Source: Candidatus Iainarchaeum sp.
GTDB taxonomy: Archaea; Iainarchaeota; Iainarchaeia; Iainarchaeales; GCA-2688035
Assembly: GCA_017610205.1 (NCBI GenBank)
Contig: JAFCCL010000001.1
Coordinates: 58,805-122,804 of the forward strand
Direction: 5' to 3'
DNA length: 64,000 nt
Both the position numbers and the translations under genes were made by a program. Shown here in pieces: positions 57,154-64,000 of the stretch (its first letter is position 1; each line of letters starts with the position of its first letter). The notes below the pieces were generated by a model, which was given only the letters and a program-made list of their open reading frames with translations, had not been told where the DNA came from and searched no databases.

Positions 57154-58640
57154 AAAAAACCGCCTCTTTTCAACAGCTTGTTTTTCCTGTTAATAAATTC
57201 TCTTTCCATCTTAAGCGACTGCTTGTTTAAAATAACATCAAAACACATTTTCAACACCTTTAGCGGGTGGAAAATTGCCTTGTAGAGTAGGAACGTAAAG
57301 TAAAGTTCTTTAACATATTTATTCACTTCCAAACTGTTTGGATACCATCCAGGTACTGTTCCTATATTTAGGTCGTCAATTCCCTTTATATTTTTGTTAA
57401 AATATTTTTTCCTAATTTCTGTATTTGGATATGGAATACATGGAAACACACCAACTTCATCCACTCCAATCCTTGCAAGCCTTTTCAGATATGCCCTTGT
57501 CTTCTGTTTATCATCTTCAGTTTCAACTGGTAATCCAACGACAAAGAACGCGGTTGTTTTTATTCCAACATTCTTACAATTTTTTATACAATTTGCAATG
57601 TTTTCAAGATCAATATGCTTGTTGTAAACTTCTTTAAGGATTCTTTGACTTCCTGATTCAGGTGCAAACACCAACAATTTGCATCCGCTTTCTTTCATTA
57701 GCTTAAGTGTTTCAAGGTCAAGGTACTCGGATCTTACTCCGTTTGGTGTTGTCCAAGTTATCCTGAGTTTTTTTTTCTTAATAAGCCTGAAGATTTTTTT
57801 TGCTCTCTCAATATTAAGCGTAAGGTTGTCATCTTCTATTTCAAATTCAGTTGTGCCATATTTTTCAATACAATGTTGAATTTCTTTAACAAAATTTTCT
57901 GGTTTTCTTGCAACCCAATGCCTGCGCCAGAATACAGCGCTTGAGCAATAGGTACAATTGTATGGACATCCCCTTGAAGAAATTATTGGAGTGAATTTTT
58001 TGTTTACTGGCCCGTGGCTCCTTTTGGCTTTCCAGTAATTTTCTAATGGAAAAAGATGCCTTGCTGGAAATGGCAGCATATCAAGATTTTCAATGAACTC
58101 TTTTTTTTCCCTGCTTACAATCTTTCCATTTTTTATATATGCGATTCCATTAATTGCCTCAATTGAACCACTTTTTTTTGACAGTTTGTCAATAAGTTTT
58201 AACAGAGTTTCCTCTGCTTCTCCAAGTACTGCATAGTCTACTCCCTTCTCAAGGAACCTTTTATAATTTGCTGTTGCCTCGTTTCCGCCAATTATTATCT
58301 TTTTTTTCGGAAATCTCTTTTTAAGTCTTGAAACCAGATCAAGATAAACCTTGTGCTGTGAAGTAAAGTTTGCTGAAATGCAGATTAATTCACTTTCTTT
58401 AGGAATCATTTCGATTAATTCTTCAATATCAAGGCCTCTAAGGAATAATCTGTGTTTCCAATCGCTTACCTTCTCTATCCCAAGCCCAAGAGCGTCAATT
58501 ACCTTTACCTTAAAACCTTTTTTTAGAAGATAGGCTGCAAGGTATGCAAGGCCCAATGGCATAGTTGTAACAAAAATCTGGCTTCCTGGGATTTCTGCAA
58601 CTGGTGGATTAATTAAGACGATTGGTTTGCTGTAGCTCGT
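57150..58640 (-). CDS. Cobalamin-binding radical SAM protein with apparent ACG (mutated ATG) start
   Basis: SSRGCPYNCTYC, GEAE, EDDNL, ESGS. The conserved N-terminal KPIVLINPP lies upstream of the first ATG (58562), behind GGTGA-N4-ACG. Confidence 0.82.
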   Translation of the reverse strand, partial: TSYSKPIVLINPPVAEIPGSQIFVTTMPLGLAYLAAYLLKKGFKVKVIDALGLGIEKVSDWKHRLFLRGLDIEELIEMIPKESELICISANFTSQHKVYLDLVSRLKKRFPKKKIIIGGNEATANYKRFLEKGVDYAVLGEAEETLLKLIDKLSKKSGSIEAINGIAYIKNGKIVSREKKEFIENLDMLPFPARHLFPLENYWKAKRSHGPVNKKFTPIISSRGCPYNCTYCSSAVFWRRHWVARKPENFVKEIQHCIEKYGTTEFEIEDDNLTLNIERAKKIFRLIKKKKLRITWTTPNGVRSEYLDLETLKLMKESGCKLLVFAPESGSQRILKEVYNKHIDLENIANCIKNCKNVGIKTTAFFVVGLPVETEDDKQKTRAYLKRLARIGVDEVGVFPCIPYPNTEIRKKYFNKNIKGIDDLNIGTVPGWYPNSLEVNKYVKELYFTFLLYKAIFHPLKVLKMCFDVILNKQSLKMEREFINRKNKLLKRGGFL

Positions 58641-59407
58641 GCAATCACCACTTTTAACCTTTTTACTCTGTTTCTTATAATGATTAAGTCAAGTAGCATT
58701 TTTGCTATATCAGTTCCTTTAACTTTGCTGTCCTTGTCATTGTCCCAATTTACTGGACATTCTTTGATTTTAAATCCAAGAGCTTTTGCTATTGCAAGTA
58801 ATTCAGCATCAAAAGTCCAACCTTCTATTTTTTGCAGGCTAAAAACCTTTATTGCACAATCTCTTTTGAAAAGCTTGAAACCACATTGGCTATCGCTTAT
58901 ATCCAACTGTAATATAAATGAAACAAGTCCGGCAAAGCCTGTTCCAAGCATATATCTAATTAACCCCCTTGACTTGATGTTTGACTCTGGCAGGTTTCTT
59001 GAACCGATAACAATATCATAATCCTTTATATACTGCAAAAAGTTATTCAAGAAAATTAATGGAGTACTTAAATCAACATCTGTGAACAATATAATTTCTT
59101 TTTTGCTGGCAAGAACTCCTTTTTTCACAGAATACCCTTTGCCTCTGTTTTTTTTGTTCCTTAAAAGTCTTATGCCTGGTTGTTTTGCTTCCATGGCTGT
59201 GTTGTCTGTGCTACCATCATCAACTACAATTATTTCAAAATTATTCAAGTTATTTTTTTTCAGAAATTCTCTGATTTCATCAAGCGTTTTGGAAATTTTT
59301 TTCTCTTCATTGAATGCAGGTACAACTATAGAAATTCCTGAAATTTGTTCTCTTTTTGCCTTTTGAATTTCAGCCGAGTTGAGTTTGGACCTTGTTTTAT
59401 TTTTCAT
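58613..59407 (-). CDS. GT2 dolichyl-phosphate glycosyltransferase (ALG5-like)
   Basis: VPAFNEE, VDDGSTD, GKGYSV, FTDVDLS, DSQCGFK, FDAEL. Likely start is MKNK at 59407. Confidence 0.88.
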   Translation of the reverse strand: MKNKTRSKLNSAEIQKAKREQISGISIVVPAFNEEKKISKTLDEIREFLKKNNLNNFEIIVVDDGSTDNTAMEAKQPGIRLLRNKKNRGKGYSVKKGVLASKKEIILFTDVDLSTPLIFLNNFLQYIKDYDIVIGSRNLPESNIKSRGLIRYMLGTGFAGLVSFILQLDISDSQCGFKLFKRDCAIKVFSLQKIEGWTFDAELLAIAKALGFKIKECPVNWDNDKDSKVKGTDIAKMLLDLIIIRNRVKRLKVVIARATANQSS

Positions 59408-59450
59408 GTTATACTCCAATACAATTATCAATTTAAAATAAACTGCGACA

Positions 59451-60341
59451 TTAAATAAGCAGCTTTCTAAATCTAATGCTTCCAATAATTCTGTAAAATT
59501 TTATTGCAAAGACATATCCAATTCCTGCAATAACAATTGCAAGAAAGTGCAAAGGGCTTTTGTTTTCAAGCATTACAATTCCGCGTGGCGATCCGAGTTT
59601 TAATTTTTTGCTGCTTCCCGCCCATTTATTAACAACAACCTTAAAGTCCTGCCTTGGATCAACCAAAAATCCTAGCTTAACATGCAAAAAATCTTTTGCA
59701 AGCTTTGAGTGCTTTTTGTAAAGAAGTGGGTCATTTTCGTGGTAATGCAGCCTTTTCAAAACATATCCAATCATTGCCTTTTTTCCCTTTGGTGCAATCT
59801 CTTTGTGGTCATGCTTGTAATCTGCCTTAACGACTTTGTATTCAAAACCCAAATCCATTATGCTGAATGTAAGATCGGTGTCTTCCCTGTAATAAAAGAA
59901 CTTTTTGTCATATCCCCCAACTTTGTCAAGCAATTCTTTCCTGAAAGCTGTTGAAGTTCCACCAAAGCTTCCAAAACTGCTTACCACCCCGACTTTTGGG
60001 CCTTCAAATCCCTTTACCAAATCGCGCAGCCATTCCTTGCTTGGAATGCAGTCGTGGTCCATATTAACAACAATTGGGAATTTTGCAACCTTAATGCCTT
60101 CGTTTCTTGCAGTGCAAACGCCCATGTTTCTTCCATAGCTTATAACTTTTACCTTTTTGTTTTCTCCAAACTTTTTGTGCAGCATTTCAATTGTACCGTC
60201 TCTGCTTCCGTCATCCACCACAATTATTTCATACTCGTTTGGATAATCAAGTACCAGCATTGCATCCAAAACCCGCTCAAGCACAACCTTGTTGTTGTAA
60301 GACGCAATTACAATACTTGCTTTTGGAAAATTAAATGCCAT
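59451..60341 (-). CDS. GT2 glycosyltransferase
   Basis: SYN, VDDGSRD, ARNEG, MDHDC, GGYD...REDTD. Confidence 0.88.
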   Translation of the reverse strand: MAFNFPKASIVIASYNNKVVLERVLDAMLVLDYPNEYEIIVVDDGSRDGTIEMLHKKFGENKKVKVISYGRNMGVCTARNEGIKVAKFPIVVNMDHDCIPSKEWLRDLVKGFEGPKVGVVSSFGSFGGTSTAFRKELLDKVGGYDKKFFYYREDTDLTFSIMDLGFEYKVVKADYKHDHKEIAPKGKKAMIGYVLKRLHYHENDPLLYKKHSKLAKDFLHVKLGFLVDPRQDFKVVVNKWAGSSKKLKLGSPRGIVMLENKSPLHFLAIVIAGIGYVFAIKFYRIIGSIRFRKLLI

Positions 60342-60345
60342 GGTA

Positions 60346-61464
60346 TCACTTTTTCAATTCCTCTTCATAAATTTTTTCAAGCCTGTCAACACTTGCTTTA
60401 ATACTGTAAATTTTTTCAACTCTTTCTCTTGCTTTTTTTCCAAGTCGTTTTCTTAATCCCCTATCTTCTATTAGCTTAATGATTCCTTTAGCCATTGCTT
60501 TTTCGGTATTTGATTTTACCACCAATGCAGCATCTCCAACAAAAGACCTTACATTTCCTATATCATTTACTACACAAGCTTTTCCCATTGCAAGGTATTC
60601 AAGCAAGGAAATTGATGTTGAAAATTCATAAACATATCCATGTGGCGCAATTTCAGTAGCCGCCCAGACTTTTTTGCAGTCTTCAGGTTTTATTGGTCCT
60701 GCAACAATAACATTTTTTTTCAATCCGAGTTTTTTGACAAATTCTTTAAGCTCAAGCATTTCTGTTCCTCCTCCAAAAATAACATATTTATATTTCGGGT
60801 GCTTTTTGCCAACAATTTTCATTGCCTTAACAATTGGCTTGAGGCCTTTGACATTTGTTCCCCACAATGTTTTAATTGAAGTAATCAAATGCTTTCCATA
60901 TTTTTTTTTAATCTCATCCCCACTTACATTCAATGGGTAATTATCAAGATTTATGGCAGCTGGCATTACTTCTATTCTTTTTTCTTCAATTCCCCATGGC
61001 AAAAGGAATTTTTGCTTCATTTGCTCTGTCCAAACAACCACTCTGTTGTAATTAAGCCTTGGCAGGAAAACCCTTTCAGTAACATGAATAAATCTTGTAT
61101 GCAGGTTTGCATTCTTTGAACTTAACAGCTCTATTAGCAAAACATGTGGCACTTTGAGTTTTCTTTTGAGAACATGTCCAATAAATCCCATCATGCTGTT
61201 GCTGTGGCTTTGAATTATATCCGGCTTAAATTCCCTTGCTGCTTTTAGTGCTTTTCTGTATGAAAAAGGTGCTTCAAATTTCCAAAAGGCATGATGCCCT
61301 GCTTTAGGCAAGTAAACCATTTTTGCTCTCTTTATACTGTAATGGTTTGGAGTGCAAACCATTACCTTGTGACCTCTTTTAATTAATTCATTTATAAGGT
61401 CCCTTGTGTAAATTTCGCTGCCTCCGCTGTCTCCTAAAACACTTGTCAGATAAAATATTTTCAT
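60346..61464 (-). CDS. GT4 glycosyltransferase
   Basis: GGSEIY, PDII, LLEYLAMGK, RKRLGKKARE. Confidence 0.82.
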   Translation of the reverse strand: MKIFYLTSVLGDSGGSEIYTRDLINELIKRGHKVMVCTPNHYSIKRAKMVYLPKAGHHAFWKFEAPFSYRKALKAAREFKPDIIQSHSNSMMGFIGHVLKRKLKVPHVLLIELLSSKNANLHTRFIHVTERVFLPRLNYNRVVVWTEQMKQKFLLPWGIEEKRIEVMPAAINLDNYPLNVSGDEIKKKYGKHLITSIKTLWGTNVKGLKPIVKAMKIVGKKHPKYKYVIFGGGTEMLELKEFVKKLGLKKNVIVAGPIKPEDCKKVWAATEIAPHGYVYEFSTSISLLEYLAMGKACVVNDIGNVRSFVGDAALVVKSNTEKAMAKGIIKLIEDRGLRKRLGKKARERVEKIYSIKASVDRLEKIYEEELKK

Positions 61465-61516
61465 TCGTGTTCAGCCCAAACAAGGTCTTTTTTTCAGCAG
61501 ATTTTTTCCAATCTTC

Positions 61517-62632
61517 TTAAATAAGGCCTTTTTTCTTTAATTCACCTGTTGCCTGGTCAAATTTGTCTTCAGACTTTATGTTATGGCTCCATTCAATTAT
61601 TTCTTTCATTCCTTTCTCAAAAGAAATACTTGGAGCAAAACCAAGCTTGTTTTTAATTTTTGAAATATCTGCAAAACAATGTCTTACATCTCCTTTCCTG
61701 AACTTGTTTGTTATTTTTGGCTTGAGGTCTGAACCGTAAAGTTTTGCAATTGTTTCAGCAACCTCTTTGATTGAAATAGGGGTTCCGCTTCCAACATTTA
61801 AAATTTCATAATTTGCAGAATTGCTTTTCATTGCAAGAAGATTTGCAGCTGCAATATCTTTCACTGAAACAAAATCACGAGTTTGCAGTCCGTCTTCATA
61901 AATAACCGGCCTGTTGCTATTTTTTATCCTGCTCATAAAAATTGCTGCAACACCTGTATAAGGATTGCTTAGGCTTTGCCTTGGCCCAAACACATTAAAG
62001 TAACGCAATGCAACAGCTTTTATCCCATAAGCCTTGCCCATCATTAGCACAAGCTCTTCCTGGTCTTTTTTTGTCAAAGCATAAACGCTGTTGCAATCCA
62101 AATGCTTTGTTTCAGGAGTTGGCATTGGCTTTAATTCCTTTCCACACTCCGGGCAAAATTGTTCAAACTTGCATTCAGCCATCTGCTTTTCGCCCCTTAA
62201 AGAGGGTTCAACCAAACCGCATTTTTCACATTTGTAAAGTCCTTCACCATACTCGCTCATTGAAGCAGCAACCATCATCTTTTTTACATCGTGCTCTTCA
62301 TTTGCAAGAAACTCCAAAATGTTTGCTGTTCCCCTTGTGTTTGCATCAACATAATAGTTTAGTTCATACATGCTTTGGCCAACACCAACAGCAGCTGCTT
62401 CGTGGAACAATATTTCGATTCCTTCCATTGCCTTTTTTACATCGCCCTTGTTCCTGACATCCCCTTTCATGAACTCTGCCTTTGCATTAAGCCACTCTGG
62501 TTTTTCCCCTGTTGGATGCACCTGCTTGTCCAAATTGTCAAGAATTCTTACTTCATAGCCTTTTTCCACAAGACCGTCAACAATAAACGAGCCAATAAAA
62601 CCTGCTCCGCCTGTTACCAAAACCTTTACCAT
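61517..62632 (-). CDS. NAD-dependent epimerase/dehydratase with CxxC...CxxC insertion (WbiB-like)
   Basis: [25 protein letters not shown]...CPEC, YALTK, NPYTGV, GDVRH. Confidence 0.85.
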   Translation of the reverse strand: MVKVLVTGGAGFIGSFIVDGLVEKGYEVRILDNLDKQVHPTGEKPEWLNAKAEFMKGDVRNKGDVKKAMEGIEILFHEAAAVGVGQSMYELNYYVDANTRGTANILEFLANEEHDVKKMMVAASMSEYGEGLYKCEKCGLVEPSLRGEKQMAECKFEQFCPECGKELKPMPTPETKHLDCNSVYALTKKDQEELVLMMGKAYGIKAVALRYFNVFGPRQSLSNPYTGVAAIFMSRIKNSNRPVIYEDGLQTRDFVSVKDIAAANLLAMKSNSANYEILNVGSGTPISIKEVAETIAKLYGSDLKPKITNKFRKGDVRHCFADISKIKNKLGFAPSISFEKGMKEIIEWSHNIKSEDKFDQATGELKKKGLI

Positions 62633-62640
62633 TTTATCAC

Positions 62641-63666
62641 CTACAAATCCTTAAACATTTTTTTATTTTCTTTAACCCACTCATAAAGTTTCTGAACTCC
62701 TTGCTTTGCTCCAATTTCGGGTTTCCAGCCTAAAATATTTTCTGCCTTTGAAATATCTGAAACATAAACAGGCTGGTCCCCAGGACGCCAGTCACTGTAT
62801 CTGATATCTATTTTTTTTCCAAAAAATTCTTCAAGATATGCCAACAGCTCAAGCAATGACATTGTGTTTTTGGGGCCTCCGCCTATATTGAATATCTGGC
62901 CTTTTGCCTTTTCAATTTTTTGTGTAGCAATAGCGTATGCTTTTACAAGGTCGTCAATATGCAGCACATCCCTTACCTGCTTTCCGTTGCCGTAAATTGT
63001 AAGCTTTTTCCGAAGTGCTGACGCAATAGTAAACCATGCAACCCACCCCTGGTCTTCTATTCCAAACTGCCTTTGGCCATAAATGCAGCTTTGCCTAAAC
63101 ACAACTGTGTTCATGCCATAAATTCTTGCATAATCCCTAGTATACTGGTCAGCACACCCTTTGCTGCAACCATAAGGGCTATGAAAATCCAAATTTGTTG
63201 ATTCGGAAATTCCTTTTGGAAAATCTTCATATTCATACCTGTTATTTCTTTCAATAACCTTTACTTCTTCCATTCCGCCATAAACCTTGTTTGTGCTGCT
63301 GTAAAAAAATGCAGCTTTGTCAGCATTTTTTCTTAGGGCTTCAAGGACATTAAATGTTCCAAGTGCATTCTCTTCAAAGTCCTTTCTTGGTTCTGTTACA
63401 CTTGTTGTAACCGCCACCTGTGCCGCAAAATGGTAAACAGCATCACTGCCTTTTACAGTTTCCTCAAGCTGCTTTTGATCTGTTACAATATCTGCTTTAA
63501 TAACTTTTATGTTTTCGTGTCTTTGTTTAAGCCATTCAACATTTTCTTTATAGCCAGGTCTTGAAAAATTATCAAATATAATTACTTTTTTGCAGCTTTT
63601 TGCAAATTTATCCGCAAGGTTGCAGCCGATAAATCCTGCGCCTCCGGTAATAACTATTTTTTCCAT
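62641..63666 (-). CDS. rfbE: CDP-paratose 2-epimerase (RfbE/Tyv)-like SDR
   Basis: AAQVAVTTS, STNKVYG, HSPYGCSKG, FRQSCIYG, EDQGWVAWF, WRPGDQ; GGTGA RBS before ATG 63666. Confidence 0.8.
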   Translation of the reverse strand: MEKIVITGGAGFIGCNLADKFAKSCKKVIIFDNFSRPGYKENVEWLKQRHENIKVIKADIVTDQKQLEETVKGSDAVYHFAAQVAVTTSVTEPRKDFEENALGTFNVLEALRKNADKAAFFYSSTNKVYGGMEEVKVIERNNRYEYEDFPKGISESTNLDFHSPYGCSKGCADQYTRDYARIYGMNTVVFRQSCIYGQRQFGIEDQGWVAWFTIASALRKKLTIYGNGKQVRDVLHIDDLVKAYAIATQKIEKAKGQIFNIGGGPKNTMSLLELLAYLEEFFGKKIDIRYSDWRPGDQPVYVSDISKAENILGWKPEIGAKQGVQKLYEWVKENKKMFKDL

Positions 63667-63750
63667 CAATTCACCAATTATTTTATTCAATTACTATCAA
63701 TCTATTGGAAAATTCATCTTAAATACCATTTTGGTGCAATATTCAAATTC

Positions 63751-63999
63751 CTATTGCATTTTTTTAATGAACTTTTTGCCAACTGCCTTAACCTGTTTTG
63801 GCATTCCAAACCTGATGTTTGCCTTGCTTACTGTTGTAAAAAAATTCTTAAGAAGCAAAACATGCCTGTTTGCAATCCTTTCCCTAACACTGTTTTTTTC
63901 AACCTTTTCAGCAAACGTAATTGAGTCAACAAAACCAATGTTTCTAAAATGCCTTGATTTGAAAACACTGTCTTCCACAACCCTTTTTGGCCCGTCTAC
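63751..63999 (-). CDS. Hypothetical protein, 5'-partial
   Basis: Frame is open to the window edge; no motif recognised. Confidence 0.4.
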   Translation of the reverse strand, partial: VDGPKRVVEDSVFKSRHFRNIGFVDSITFAEKVEKNSVRERIANRHVLLLKNFFTTVSKANIRFGMPKQVKAVGKKFIKKMQ

Positions 64000-64000
64000 A

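Noticed and set aside
9074-62686. Many 60-240 aa antisense or alternate-frame ORFs in the track (e.g. 9074-9790, 17100-17684, 37429-38160)
   Set aside because: They are shadows of well-supported genes, with no motifs or RBS.

Overview
AT-rich, archaeal-looking DNA: TTTAAA/TTTATA boxes about 25 nt before starts, GGTGA ribosome-binding sites and many 4-nt stop/start overlaps. The gene content resembles a DPANN archaeon such as Diapherotrites/Iainarchaeota (inference only). The first 3 kb is accessory: an IS200-type element splitting a winged-helix gene, an NDT-like hydrolase and a putative toxin-antitoxin pair. The remaining ~61 kb is one large surface-glycan locus with nucleotide-sugar enzymes (Ugd, Uxs, WecB, WecC/WbpA-like, RmlA/B, epimerases), GT2/GT4/GT-C glycosyltransferases, two flippases and many tailoring enzymes (carbamoyl-, methyl-, acyl- and sulfotransferases, seven radical SAM enzymes). 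Best candidate for an undescribed system: the sulfation module at 27.0-32.9 kb. It has APS kinase, a sulfotransferase and a probable pAp phosphatase but no ATP sulfurylase in the window; a coupled operon of two paralogous uncharacterised Pol-beta-type nucleotidyltransferases plus an atypical HIT protein (HxHxK) sits beside them instead. Other signals read from the DNA: a precise IS insertion after TTAG whose removal restores a gene, a 25-codon scar of a deleted NeuB/PseI synthase, an ATGA-to-ACGA change that removes a stop and a start together, a free-standing LAGLIDADG gene coupled to rmlA, and a 62-bp upstream block conserved between two diverged radical SAM paralogs. No tRNA, rRNA or CRISPR array was seen. 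All product calls come from motif recognition by eye, not database searches.
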